Origin: Octopus sinensis
Taxonomy: Eukaryota
NCBI RefSeq assembly: GCF_006345805.1
Contig: NC_043017.1
Span: 21,576,001-21,640,000 of the forward strand
Length of the DNA: 64,000 nt
Direction: 5' to 3'
How positions within the stretch are numbered: the stretch's first letter is position 1; the number at the start of each line of letters is the position of its first letter. The notes below the pieces were generated by a model. The model did no database searches and was not told the origin of the DNA. It saw nothing but the letters and a program-made list of their open reading frames with translations. Of this stretch, positions 26,850 to 41,451 are shown piece after piece. Position numbers and translations under genes: made by a program.

Positions 26850-27080
26850 CTCTGAGGGGCATAGGGCTGGTTTCCATGTCTCTCTGGCATATATATTAAC
26901 CCCTGGATGGAATGCCAGTCCATCCCAGGATAACTCATCATTTATAAGCTGAATGGATTGGAGCATTGTGAAATGAAGTGTTTTGCTGAAGAGCAAAATG
27001 CACTGCCCAGTCCAGGAATCGAAACCACAATCTTATGATCATGAGGCCAACACCTTAACCACTAAGCTATGTGCCTCCAC
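26850..27080 (-). mobile_element. tRNA-derived SINE with V-domain-like motif
   Basis: Minus strand has a tRNA-like head (GCTTAGTGGTTAAGG...GGTTTCGATTCC) and then CCTGGGATGGACTGGCATTCCATCCAGGGG, which resembles the V-SINE central domain. Confidence 0.65.
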
Positions 27081-27196
27081 GAAGCTATTATCTACTGATT
27101 TATAATTAGCAGGGGATGTTATCCTGAAACAACAGCATGTCTACATAAATCTTAAGAAACTTACTTAGAAATTTTGCAAACTACAGTTTAGCACAC

Positions 27197-27267
<71 letters not shown>

Positions 27268-27768
27268 TATCATCCTCGTCATTATCATCATAAGAGAATT
27301 ATTCACAAAGAACCGTTACAATAGAGGAACTAACCAATATAGGTTTTTAGATTTATTAGGTTGTCTAGCAATGGAATTACCATTTGCAGAATTTGTATCT
27401 GGTTCCAATTTAATGTTAGAAAGATGTGGAAAATATATTCTTTGAGCTGGCTAGCCATAGATGAAATACTGACTTGGCCAAACATTTGATTATATGGTTC
27501 CATTGTTATAATATATCCTTTTGTTGTGAGGGTTATTTTTGTTGTTGTGGTTGGCTTTCATTTTGTTGTTATTTTATTTTTACTGTTTTATATGTCTTTT
27601 TTTTAAAAAGTATTTTTATGTTGTTTTTGTTTTCTTTCTAGAGATTTTGTTTGTTCTAGTTTTCTTTGATTCAAAGAGGAAACCAGATAAAAATGTTTGC
27701 ATAAAATAATTCGAGAGACAAAATTATGTTTAACATCGAATGTGTACACATATATATGTATGCATGCA

Positions 27769-27818
<50 letters not shown>

Positions 27819-27910
27819 TATATATATCTATATAATATATATATATATACACACACATATATATATATATCTATATATATATATATATATATACACACAA
27901 TATATATATC

Positions 27911-27951
<41 letters not shown>

Positions 27952-28228
27952 CATATGTATATATGCTATATATATATATAAATATATATATACATACATA
28001 TATATACATATATATATATATTTACACTTATATACATATGCATATATTTACATATATGTATATATTTGTTTGTAAATATACATACATATATACATCTTTG
28101 TACATATTTCTGTGTAAATCTCTCTCTCTATATATAATATATATATATATATATCATCATCATCATCATCGTTTAACGATGATGATGATGATGATGATGA
28201 TGATATATATATATATACATTATATATA

Positions 28229-28273
<45 letters not shown>

Positions 28274-29324
28274 TATATATATATATATATATGTATAGGT
28301 ATGTATATTCATGCTTATATATGTGTATATGTATGTGCGTGTATGCGTATATCAGTATGTATATATGCTGGAGAGGAAAAACAAATACACGCACAATCAC
28401 ATGTACAAAGAGCAGAAGAAACATAACTGCCCAAACGGTTAGTATCGATCTCTATTTCAGAGTTTTATTTCAAACACAAGTACAGAAAATCGAAAAAAGA
28501 AAGCCAAAAAAAAAATATATAAATAATAATAATAATAATAATAATAAAATACAAAACAAAACAAAGACATATTAATATACAAAATATATATGTGAAGGAA
28601 CAAATAGAATTAAAGAGCAGATATCAAAACATTTGGGATGCCATATGATTACGCTGCGAGGTTTAGTGGTGGTGGTGGTGGTGGTGGTGTTGGTGTTAGT
28701 GTTGGTGTGGTGGGCTGATGGGAGGAGGGAGGTCATAAATGAAAAGAAAAAATGTTTCTAGAAATATATATATGATAGTGATAGCAGAGCAGGTATATCG
28801 TTATCATCAACATTATCATCACATCATCATCATCATCATCACCATCATCATCACAATCATCATTGATATTATCTTTATCATCATCATTATAACAGTCAGT
28901 ATCACAATCTTCATCATCATCATCATTATCATCATAACCACTATCATCATGATTATCATCACCATCATCAACGTCACCTTCATCATCATAATCTTCATCG
29001 TTATCACCACTGTCACAATCATCAACATTATTATCAATATCATTGTCATCATCAGTTACATCTGCTCTTCCTTGCTTGCATAGGTTAGACAGAGTTTTTC
29101 TTTTTTAAGTAGATTTTCTACATCTGGATGCTTTTCCCGTCACCAACCCTCACCAAGGTAAATATTTCCCCTTGGCTGCTTTTGAGTTTGTAGAAGACTA
29201 GAAATGAATGACATGACTTTATGACAGTAACATTTATTACAATTATCACATGATGTTCAGACAAGACAACACAAACTTATAAACACACACACACACACAC
29301 ACACACACCACATCTTGTATCTTT

Positions 29325-29685
29325 CACTCCTTTCAGTGTGGCCATTCAATGGTAATGCCCTGAATGATTTACTCAAACAAATTGATCCCCAAAATTATTT
29401 TAAAGTCTTGTACTTATTCTGTTGATCTCTTTTTGCTGAACCACTAAGTTACAAAGATATAAAAAAGTCAACAATGACTGTCAAGAAAATGGGGGATACA
29501 AACACAAACACATGCGCACATACGATAGACTTCTGTACAGTTTCCATCTATGAAATTCACTCACTAGTCACTGCTCGGCCCAGGCTATAGAAGAACATGA
29601 TTGCTCAAAATATTGCACAGAAGGATTGAACCCAAAGTCCTGTGGTTGCAAATTGAGCTGATTAACCACACAGCCATGCTTGCAC
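29325..29685 (-). mobile_element. SINE family B, diverged
   Basis: Colinear, degenerate reverse complement of 3691-4090. Confidence 0.7.
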
Positions 29686-29859
29686 TCATACATATACATC
29701 TAAGAGGCTTTACAGATTTGAAAATTTGTCATGGATGTTTGTCAAATATGTTACTCTAAATGTTTGATAAATCTATAAAACATAATTTATATTTAATAAA
29801 CTATACATTAAAAAAAATTATATTTTATAAATTTGTATTGATATTAATATGAAGCTATA

Positions 29860-30263
29860 TATGTGCCCATGCTAGTAGGGTTCCAAGAGCACCATCTGAG
29901 TGTGATCATTGCCAGAGCAGCCAAGTGGCTTCCATGCCAGTGGCACGTAAAAGGGCACCATTCGAGCGTGATCATTACCAATGTCGCCTTACTGGCACCT
30001 GTGCTGGTGGCATGTGTAAAAGGATTCGAGCGAGGTCGTTGCCAGTACTGCCTGACTGGCCCCTGTACCAGTGGCACGTAAAAAGCACCCACTACATTCT
30101 CGGAGTGGTTGGCATTAGGAAGGGCATCCAGCTGTAGAAACTTTGCCAAATCAAGATTGGAGACTAGTGCAACCATCTGGTTTGCCAGCCCTCAGTCAAA
30201 ATCGTCCAACCCATGCTAGCATGGAAAGCAGACGTTAAACGATGATGATGATGATGATGATGA
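29860..30263 (+). mobile_element. Interspersed repeat family C (SINE-like) with (GAT)n tail
   Basis: TTGGCATTAGGAAGGGCATCCAGCTGTAGAAAC...GTCCAACCCATGCTAGCATGGAAA...CGTTAAACGATGATG. Other copies at about 21120-21310 (-), 30985-31150, 32995-33110, 51510-51668 (-), 57156-57405 (-) and 63030-63362. Confidence 0.85.
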
Positions 30264-30456
30264 TGCCTACCAAATCCACTAGCAAGACTTTTATTTTCAA
30301 ACATGAGGCATATTATATTTGAACTAGATTACATGATGTGGTCTTAATTTAAATCCAGTGACTTACTTCCCAATAATTTTGAAAATAGTAATGAAATTAG
30401 TGATATAATTTTAGCATCAATAAATTGGTGTTTGGAACATAAACTAAGATGACATA

Positions 30457-30672
30457 TTGGTTCAAATTTTGGCACAAGGCCAGCAATCTCAGGGTAGGTG
30501 GGTAAGGCGATTACATCACCCCCAGTACTCATCTGGTACTTATTTTCTCAACCCTGAAAGGATAAAAGGCAAAGACGACCTTGGCTGAGCTTGAAATCAG
30601 AAAGCAAAGACAGATGAAATGCCACTAAGCATTTTTCCTTGCGTGCTCACGATTCTGCCAGCTCACTGCCTC
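30457..30672 (-). mobile_element. SINE family A, probably nested in an old piggyBac-like MITE (about 30345-30785)
   Basis: Family A sequence; the two flanks resemble the halves of the 38990-39207 MITE. Confidence 0.7.
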
Positions 30673-32194
30673 ATATTTACATCAAAAAATACAGATAGAA
30701 TGTTTTAATTGGGATCATTTTAAAACAGGGAGCTGGTATCAGAGAACCAGATGAGGTCTTAGAGGGTTCATATCAAAAAGATTATGACAGTAGGAAGTGT
30801 TATCTTAAGACTGGGACTGAATGAGATGCAGAGCAAAGGACCCATTAATAATCTGTGTATGTAAAGGTCCTTGTGCATTGCTTTGGTTGAGGGCCCTACA
30901 TTACTGCTAATACAGTTCTGGTGGCCAGGTATAATTTGAGCAACTTTAGTAGTGTTGATAGCACAAAAAAAAAACAACAACAATCAGTACACATTGTAAA
31001 ATGGTTGGTGATAGGAAAGGCATCCAGCAGTAGAAACCATGCCAAAATGGACACTGGAGCATGATACTGTCCTGGGACACCTTGGATCTATCAACCCATT
31101 CAACTCATGCCAGCTGGGAACATGAACATTAAATGATGAGGATGATGATGATGATGATGATAATGATAATGATAATGATGATTTAAGTGCATTTTCAAGC
31201 AAAGCAAGCAGCCTTAGATGGTTTTTATTTGTGTGTGTGTGTGTGTGTGTGTGCGTGCACTATGGTGACAAGAAAATTATAAACTTTTGTGCATTTGGTG
31301 AATAGAACCATCATTTGTCAGAGAAAAAAAGAGACCAAAAAAAAAAAACCAAAAAAACCTCCAAAGAACATGATTTTTGCTGAAAGTGAAACTCTTGCAA
31401 ATATTCCATCCATTTTATTGTTTTACTTCGATAAAAATAAGAAAATATGATTTGTCTGTTATTACATTTTTATTACATTTATTATTATTATACTTATTAT
31501 ATTTTTGTTTTTTTGTCCTTTTCTTAACTCTATTTCCCCTGCAAACTAAATAAAGCTTTATAAAGCTAAAGCCAAAATAGATACTGCCTGTTGCAGCTAT
31601 TCCAAAATATGCAAAAGATCTTCTGTAAAAGTACATGAATACCGAAATATGAAAATAGTAATAAATTTGTTTCTTATATTTTACGAGAGGCTTCGTTGGT
31701 GTTTATTCAATTATTTAGTTATTTATTTTACTAATTTTATTCCATATTTAATGACATTTATATGATAAGAAAGATACACACACACAGTGATACAACACAA
31801 ATGTTTGTCTATATTCTTATAATTTTCTTGTCATTTTGATGTCAATAAAACCAAAAAAGCAGTGCAGAATTGACGAGTGGGAGAGTGAGAGAGAGAGATA
31901 GAGAGAGACAGACAGAGAGAAATAGAACAATGGAGAGAGAGAGAGAGATATAGGGAATGGAGAGCAGAGGAAAGTGCATTTGAAGGTAACTCTTCAATAA
32001 AATTCTTTTCAAATAAGAATTTCTTTGCTGTCCATGTTTAATGAGGCAAAAAAGTTTTATCATGCAAATTCATGTCTCAGCCATGTAATATCATGTATAT
32101 ATGTATATATGTATATATACAAACACACATGCACAAATACATAGATACACATACATACACACACATTTATATATATATACACACATATATATAT

Positions 32195-32235
<41 letters not shown>

Positions 32236-33560
32236 ATATGTGTATAGTAATGAAGTTTCATATGACAAATTATGAATTACTCAACTTTGTGTATAGAACT
32301 ATTTTCATATGTTTTTTACAAGTACAGAGTATGTCATTTCATGTCATTAAATGTTTCAAAATTATTCTCTGGCAGGCTAAGTAACTGGATTAATTTTCTT
32401 TCCACTGTGTTGGTTTAAGTGTGTACTGGTGTATTTTTTAGTATGTACTCTTCACATGTAAACTGATTTGGAATAAATGTTGGATGAAGCAAGATGTACA
32501 AATAAACCAAGTCTGATGAAAATTAAATCAAACATCATGTGTTCCTCTAAGAGATTTTGAAGCTTTTGGTAACATGAAGTTACTGTATTCTATATTGCAA
32601 TTTTATATATATATATATATAGGTACTGGGGGCGGGCTCTGTAAGAGGTCTCAAGGGGTAGCGTCCCTGCCCTCTTGAGCTAGTTTTCCACCACATTTCT
32701 TAAAAATCATGGTAGAGGCCTTTGTCTCGGAACCACACATGTCTAGAAACTGAGGTTTGGGATAAGCATGCTACCCATAGAAAATCTGGCTACAAAAAAG
32801 CCTCAGGGGTAGATCTGGCTATGCCTGTTAATGGGGACAAAACCTGGATTTTAAAATGATGGGTAATACACACACACACATGCACGCGCACACACACACA
32901 CATGCACATACACACACACACACACACATGCACACGCAAACACACATATATATGCCTGGCTCCAATCTGACCTAGCATTCTTTTCCCATCTGTAGAAACT
33001 TTGCCAGATCAGATTGGAGCCTGATACAGCCTTCTGACTTGCCAGTCCTCAATCAAACCGTCCAACCCATGCCAGCATGGAAAGCGGACATTAAACAACG
33101 ACAACGATGATAATGATGATGATGAATATATATATATATATATATATATCACCGTGACCGACCAGGCTATCAGATGTTGTTACACATCGCTGGTCACAAT
33201 GCGCTTCGCATTGTTTTAGCCTTGAAATGACGCCACCCCGCTGGCTAAGCAAGCAGGCCAACAGAAGAAAGAGTGAGAGAAAGTTGTGGTGAAAGAGTAC
33301 AGCAGGGATTGCCACCACCCCCTGCCGGAATATATATATATATATATATATATATATCGTTTGTAGAAAACATAAATTCAAAGAAGAAAACATAAATTCA
33401 AAGCACACTCTAAGAAGTAGAGCATTGTATATTAAAAATGGGGAAGGCTGATTTATGGGATCACCTTAGATTTCCCATCCATAAAGGACTTAGCTTTATG
33501 GCATATCATCAAATCCCCAAAACAAATACACACACGCAAAACACACACATTCACATGCAA

Positions 33561-33595
<35 letters not shown>

Positions 33596-33779
33596 AGATA
33601 ACATATATATATATACATATATACATATAATATATACATATATATACATAATACATATATATAGGATACATATATATATATATATATATGTTAATGCTTG
33701 TTTTTTAATGTTCCGATATAATTAAAACAATTTTACATTAATCTGAAGGATTTCTCCATAAATTTGTAGAGTAAAAATT

Positions 33780-34155
33780 CTGGGTTCAGTCTCACAGCAT
33801 GACACCTTAGGCAAATGTCTTCTGCTTTAGCCTCAGGCTGACTAAAGCCATGTGAATGGATTTGGTAGATGGAAACTGAAAGAAGCCCATTGTATATATA
33901 CATATATATATATATATGTATATATTTATGTGTGTGTCTTTGTTTCTGTGTTTGTTTCCCCATCATCACTCCACAACTGATGTTGGTGTGTTTACGTCCC
34001 TGCAACTTAGAAGTTTGGCAAAAGAGACCAATAGAATAAATACTATTCTTACAAATAATAAGTCCTGGGAACAATTTCTTCAACTAAAAATCCCTTAAGG
34101 CAGTGCTCCAGCATGGTTGCAGTTAAATGACTAAAACAAGTAAAAGAATAAAGGA
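33780..34155 (+). mobile_element. SINE family B
   Basis: Colinear with 3691-4090. Confidence 0.85.
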
Positions 34156-34162
34156 ATGAAAG

Positions 34163-34200
<38 letters not shown>

Positions 34201-34459
34201 TGTGTGACTATGTACATAGTTATATCGATGTATGTGTATGTGATAGAGCATGTGTATGCATGTAGTCCAATACTTATGTTGTTGTGTGCTAAATGGAAAC
34301 ATAATTATAACACTGTATTCTGTAGATATGGTCGCTAGAAATAGGTGTGACTAAAACCTAATAATTGAGTTGAAAACATTAGGAAGATATAACTAACTGC
34401 AAGATAAATATATTAAAAAAGAGCCAAGTTAATCAAATAATTCTTGATAATTCACACAT

Positions 34460-35239
34460 ACACACACGTGTGTCTATATACATACATATATATATATAAA
34501 TCAATAGATAGATATATTAAATATATAGATAACTATAATATATATATATATATATGTTATATATATTATACAGATATATATATATAGATATGTCTATATA
34601 GATTACACATATATATATATATATATATATGTCTATATTATATATACATATATATATCGATAGATAGATATAGAGTATAGTCTATCAGATATATACAGAT
34701 TATATATATGGCGATATATAGACAGTATAATATATATATATATATATATATTATACATATATATATAGATAGTAGATATATATATTATAATATACACATA
34801 TATAGAAGTATATATATATATAGAATAGTCTATATATAGATACATATAATATTATACATATTATATAGATAATATAGATAGATAGGCTAGATATGATATA
34901 CCTATATATATATATCTATATATCTCTATATATATATATAGAGGATCTATATATATATACATAATATATATATATAGAGATATATCTATATAGATATATC
35001 AATAGATATTATATATAGCTTATATATATATATACATATATATATACTAGATTCATATATATAGGCTATATATATATACATATTATATATATATATAATA
35101 TATATATTATAATATAATAACATATATATATATAATATATATATATATTATATATATATTATATATGTCTATATATATATACATATAATATATATATATA
35201 TTACTATATATATAATATATATATAATAGTTATATATAG

Positions 35240-35283
<44 letters not shown>

Positions 35284-35655
35284 TATATGTCTATATATAT
35301 ATACATATACTATAATAATATTATATATATATCTATATATCCATATATATATATATATATATATAATATATAACATTATAAATATATATATATATATATA
35401 TACATATATATACATATATTATATATATATATATATATGTCTATATATATATACATATATATATATATAATATATATATAGATATATATATATTATATAT
35501 ATATGATATAATGTCTATATAAATATACATATATATATATATATATATACAATTGAGATAGGGGTTGTAAATGCAACCCTCCATGGGATAACATAGATCA
35601 ATAATTGATATTTGATTTAGATGTATTTCTCCATTTTCTTATCTTGTATATATAT

Positions 35656-35688
<33 letters not shown>

Positions 35689-35735
35689 GTCTATATATAT
35701 ATATGTCTATATATATATATAATATATATATAGAT
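34460..35735. repeat. Long, very irregular (TA)n tract
   Basis: Read directly; the irregularity may reflect long-read consensus error. Confidence 0.85.
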
Positions 35736-36209
35736 GTACGCAACTGAATTTCATTTCTGTAACAGACCAATCATGGAATTCATAAGCATGGTGCATACAA
35801 CACCGAAGAGATGATTATTAAAGAACATACCTTGTTAACAAACAAACATTAGGTACATGCCCACCCTTTAAAAAAGATTTGCCGAACAAATCTTATATTT
35901 TGAAACTAACCCTATCACTGAAAAGAACCCTTTAATTTTAAACCTTGCAAAATTCTCAAAACTAACCTAAAATGCTTATACTGCATTTTTCAGTGGTGAA
36001 CACAAAGTAATTATAATGAGCTTAAGTTAACAATTGCTTCAGAGAGATAATTGGATGTGAAATCTGGTGTGAAAACATGAAATTAATGAAGAGAATGTAT
36101 GCTGTGTCGTTAGCGATTTGAACTTGTTGCTGTTATTAATTACACTGCATGAAGCCTTAGGCAAACGAGGCTGATTGGTGCTTTATGTGTGGAATTGTAC
36201 ACAGAAAAC

Positions 36210-36263
<54 letters not shown>

Positions 36264-36351
36264 GTATATATATGTATATATAATAAGTGAAAGTGTGATC
36301 CAAGGATCAAGGTGTAGGAAGAAAGTAAGCTTTAAGCAGTCCGTAGTAGGT

Positions 36352-36448
36352 ATATCTTTTCTTATGAGTCGTTAGTGGATTGCCCCTCATTTGGACAATT
36401 ACTACTTCTGAGGTTTTGCTAGCTATGAAACATATGTAGTCTGGATAT
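36352..36448 (+). ncRNA. Degenerate type I hammerhead-like motif in a (TA)n-embedded island (about 36283-36477)
   Basis: CTTATGA GTCGTTAG...CTAGCTAT GAAA C ATAT G TA. It has the same ACATATGT stem III as 46804-46902; the core has G5->T. Confidence 0.45.
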
Positions 36449-36473
36449 TATCGACACCATTGCCTAATTGTGA

Positions 36474-36503
<30 letters not shown>

Positions 36504-36504
<1 letters not shown>

Positions 36505-36907
36505 CTCTTTTACTTGTTTCAGTCATATGGCTGTGGCCATGCTGGAGCACCGCCTTTAGTTGAGCAAATAAACCCTAGGACTTATTGTTTGGAAGCCTAG
36601 TACTTATTCTATCAGTCTCTTTAGCTAAACCACTAAGTTATGCGGATGTAAACACACCACTATCGGTTGTCAAGCGATGTTGGGGGGACAAACATGGAAC
36701 ACACACATACACACATATATATATATATACATATACATATATACAACGGACTTCTTTCAGTTTCTGTCTACCAAATCCACTCACAAGGCTTTGGTTGGCT
36801 CGAGGCTATAGTAGAAGACACTTGCCCAAGGTGCCACACAGTGGAACTGAACCCAGAACCATGTGGTTAGTAAGCAAGCTACTTACCACACAGCCACTCT
36901 TGCGCCT
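36504..36907 (-). mobile_element. SINE family B, full length
   Basis: Reverse complement of 3691-4090. Confidence 0.9.
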
Positions 36908-36982
36908 ATATATGTATATATATATATATATATAATATATATTATATATTATATATATATATATGTATGTATATATATATAC

Positions 36983-37041
<59 letters not shown>

Positions 37042-37359
37042 CATGCATATATGGGCACAGGACGTCACCAACGGTGCAAATAACAGGAAATACGTAAACT
37101 ATGAGAAAAAATGGAAAACATGACAAGTAAGCACTGAGAAAGCACCCTTCATCAGTAGTCAGCTGTCTATCTACTCTTCATATATATATATATACATCGG
37201 TTAGTCGTCCGTAAGTCTGAGAAAAAACACACTGTAAAAGAACTGTTTTTGAGCTGTAATACTTTATGTAGTTTTTGGTTAAAGAATTGATATCAGAAAA
37301 GGTGTGCTGCTTAAGATGTGTTAAGAAGTTTGAGAGGATGGAAAAAACAAACATGTAAG

Positions 37360-37589
37360 CAGTGAAGATGATGATCATGATGGTAATAGCGGTGGCGGTG
37401 GTGATGGTGAAGATAATGGTGATGATGATGGTGGAGGTGGTATGGGTAGTTCTGCTGGTGGTGGTGATGGTAGAGATGATGCCATGGAGGAGAAGGGCTG
37501 TAGTGGTAGTGGAAGTGATAATGACAACAATACTGACAACAATACTGACAATAATGGTAGTAATGGTAGTGGCAGTGACGATGTTGGTG

Positions 37590-37620
<31 letters not shown>

Positions 37621-37845
37621 AGATGATGGTGGTGATGATGATGATGAACATGATGATGATGATGATGATGATGACGACGACAATGATGATGATGATAAAC
37701 ATGATGGTGATGATGACGATGACGATGATAATGATGAAGATGATGGTGATGATGACGACGACAATGATGAAGATGATGGTGGTGGTGATGATGAGGGTGA
37801 TGATGATGATGATGATAATGATGATGGTGGTGACGATGATGGTCA
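37360..37845. repeat. (GAT)n/(GGT)n compound repeat
   Basis: Read directly; accounts for the poly-D/M/I/S ORFs. Confidence 0.95.
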
Positions 37846-38742
37846 TGAGAATCCCTGTGTCAGCTTCTTTCTGAGAACTTCTGCATTATGAACCGAAAGA
37901 AGCTAAAGAGTTAAGAACAACCAAAATGGGAAGAATTCTGGAAATGTCATGCTTTGGTGTGATTAGAACTCTGTTTGGCATTGTCTATTGCATACATTTT
38001 AAATGTTCAACTTATTCATCTTTGATTAAACAGTGTAGTTGTTGTTACTGTTAATGATGTTTTCTTATAGTTGTTGTTGTTGTTGGGGCTGTTCTTGTTG
38101 ACATTGTTTATTCCCAAGGCAGTCCAGCTCCCATAGATCTATCATTGTATATATATCACTTGTAACCATCTCATCTTTATTTATTCCATCCTTTTGTTTG
38201 TCTATGTCCAGGTGAGGGGTTAAGTATATCTAGGACTACATCATCCAATATGTACTTCCCTTCACACTGCAGATTGTTTTGATTTTTATTCGTATGTTAA
38301 ACAGTCACCCAATGAGAAAGTTTGTATCTGTTTGAACCTTTGACACCACAATTACTTTTGCTGCACAAATGATGCATGAAAGAATTGGTGAACATTCACT
38401 GGCTGCATGCAAGAACTGGTGTTCATAGAATGCATATAGGAACTGGTGCATATTTGATGCAAACATCATGTATAGTTTGATGCCAAACAAACTGCAGTGC
38501 AAAAATCCGTGGAATTCAGCTCCAATTTTTTTTTTCCATTCTTCTTTCACAGACCATGAATTTAATGAATTAAATGCAAATAAAATTCTGGTACCAATTC
38601 TCTCAACTATATGCCCATCCCCACGCAAGAAAGGGTTTCGTACCTAGTAAAAACAAAACAAAAATATAAAAAATAAGAGTGAGAGGGGTAAAAAATAAAG
38701 AATTTTGATTAACTTAGAGACAAATAATCTAGTATTTCTTAA

Positions 38743-38964
38743 CCCTTTCGTTACTGTATTTATTTTGAGATGCTCTGTGTTTCTTTCAATTACTTTAAAT
38801 ATAACAAAGAATTTAGTAAAATAACTTAGTTATCATTCAGCTAGTGTTAGGAACATAAATTGTGACTAAGGTTTGGTGGAAGATTTTAATTCAAAACTTA
38901 TGAAAACAAGACATTTATACTCAGAGAGAGAGAGACGGTTTCAGCCAGGTTGGTAATGAAAGGG
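38743..38964. mobile_element. piggyBac-like MITE, TTAA-flanked
   Basis: TTAA|CCCTTTCGTTAC ... GTAATGAAAGGG|TTAA, an 11/12 terminal inverted repeat. CCC/GGG ends with a TTAA duplication are piggyBac hallmarks. Confidence 0.85.
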
Positions 38965-38989
38965 TTAATCAAAATAAATTAGAGATTAA

Positions 38990-39207
38990 AACTTTTGTTA
39001 ATCTATTTCTGTTGAAACACATTGCTATTGTTTAGAATTATTTTGAAAATGATAAAGAATTTAGTAAGATAAGTTTGATATTATTAAGATGATGTTTGGA
39101 GTATAAACTGACAAAGTATTGGAGAAAGGTTTAAATTTAGATCACTTTAAAACAAAGTTTGTGTCATGAAACGATGGGTGGTCTCAGGAAAGTTGGGATG
39201 AAAAGGG
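38990..39207. mobile_element. Older piggyBac-like MITE copy
   Basis: Similar interior (aaagaatttagtaa) and end GAAAAGGG|TTAA. Confidence 0.7.
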
Positions 39208-39451
39208 TTAAATTTGAAATGAATGAATGGAAAAAAATAATGTAATTATTTTCAAAATGGTATATGAGAAAATTAGAAATGACCTCAGAGGCTGTTTGTG
39301 AAGGGAACAATGGAAGGCAATTTGTGAAAATGAAATGGAGGATGGGAAGCAGACATACAATGTAGAGTCAGTATCTTGCTGTTTAATTTGTAAGAGAAGG
39401 AATGGACATTAATAGTAAGAGAGAGAGAGAGAGAGAGAAGATAGATAGATA

Positions 39452-39576
39452 GATACATACATACATACATGTATACATACACACATACATGTATACATAC
39501 ATACGTACATACATATATACATACATACGTACGTACATACATACATACATACATACATACATAAATACATACATAA

Positions 39577-39607
<31 letters not shown>

Positions 39608-39693
39608 CATACATAAATGCATACATACATACATACATACATACATACATACATACATACATACATACATACATACATACATACAAACATACA

Positions 39694-39724
<31 letters not shown>

Positions 39725-39905
39725 GTACATACATATGTACATACATACATATATACATACATAAATGCATACATATATACATACATACATACATACATAC
39801 ATACATACATACATAATACATACATACAAACATACATACATACATACATACATACATACAAAAATACATACATACATACATACATACATATGTACATACA
39901 TACAT
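39452..39905. repeat. (CATA)n tetranucleotide microsatellite
   Basis: Read directly from the sequence. Confidence 0.95.
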
Positions 39906-40165
39906 AGTGACAGAAAGATACAAGAGAGAGAGAGATAGACAGTAATAAGTAGATAAATAGACCATTTATATTTATTTTATACATTAAAAATTAGGTATTG
40001 TTCAAAGAGGTGCATATAACATCTCCATAAACATATTTCAAAATATTTACATCAGAATAATTGTTTTTCTAGCAAAGTGCTTTCGCCCAAGATAATTGAA
40101 AATACAATTCTAAAAAGATAACAGGTAAATTAGATTTATTGTAAATATCATGTGATATTCTTTAA

Positions 40166-40695
40166 CCCTTTCGACAGCAACCCACCTGAGAGTTCCCCTT
40201 GTTCTACAATACAGACTTTCTGTTGTAAAATGATTTAAATTAAAACCTTCCATCAAAACTTCCTGTTAGCCAATCTTCCAAGCACCAGATTTATAATGGC
40301 GAAGTGGTTTTACTAAATTCTTCATAATTTTCCAAATTAAATGATGCAAAGGAAGTGCATTTCATCAGAAATATGGTAATTAAATATTTAGGTAGGAGTT
40401 TTTATGTGGATCCTTGTCTGTCCTTTACAGAATGGCAAATATTTGAACTAGACATTCGGGTTTACTGCTTGCCAAGTTACAAGAGTCATAACCTTTTTGA
40501 TACCATTGCATCTGAGGCTGCCCATGGTTCCATAATACAAACTGCCTGCTTTTGGTGATCAAAATCAAAACCTCCCATTGAAATTTCATGTTTATTTATA
40601 TTCCAAACACCAGACAAACAATAAAGTTATTTTCTAAATCATTCATTATTTTTAAAATTAACTGGAAAAAATGGAACGTAGTTTAGCATGGTTAA
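40166..40695. mobile_element. Two diverged piggyBac-like MITE copies, oriented opposite to 38743-38964
   Basis: TTAA|CCCTTTCG at 40162, with aaaaccttccatcaaa and ttactaaattcttc matching the reverse complement of the 38.7-39.2 kb copies. The second copy starts at about 40490. Confidence 0.65.
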
Positions 40696-41451
40696 GTGAG
40701 AACTGGTAAGTGGATTCTTGTCTGCCTTTTACTGATTGGTAAATATTTGAACCAAACCTAGCTCTAATTAATTTAGAATTAATTCTTGCAATTTTCCTCC
40801 ATTACACTAGCCAAAAAGAACAGAAGAAAAACAACAACAAAAACAGTTGTGCTCCTTCCTAAATCACACAGCAAAAATGTTGGTTTTAAGGAAACAACAT
40901 TCATTTTATCAATTGAATTTTCAAGCAAACATCAAAATTTACAGATCTATCTAACCCATGCTAACAATGAATTACATACAAAAGAACCAAAAAATTCTCA
41001 AAAAATTAATATCAAATATGAAATTACAAGATATGGTTTTTATTTTTCGTTTATTTTATTTTATTTTATTTTTATTTTATTTTTGTACTCTTGAAATAAT
41101 CTTGTCTCACTTTCGAAATCTTGGTCAAGAAAAAGGGAAACAAAAGCAAAATGGAATAAAAATGAAGATATCTAATCAGAAAATCCATGGAAATAAATCA
41201 AACAGCTAAACAAAAGACTGTCAATCTTCCATGATGAAATGTTGACCTGGATGACTCTGAATGCACTAATATCAATCTTTAAATATTGGTACAAGGAACC
41301 GGAGGAAATAATTGGTTTCTTAGTAAAGTGTGTATTTAGTGAGGCATAAAACATGGTAGGAGACCAAGGAAACAATTTGTAATGACCAAAGAGAATAAGA
41401 TATAATATATGGGAAATAATATTTGAAATATTAATATTTTTTATAGCTTAA

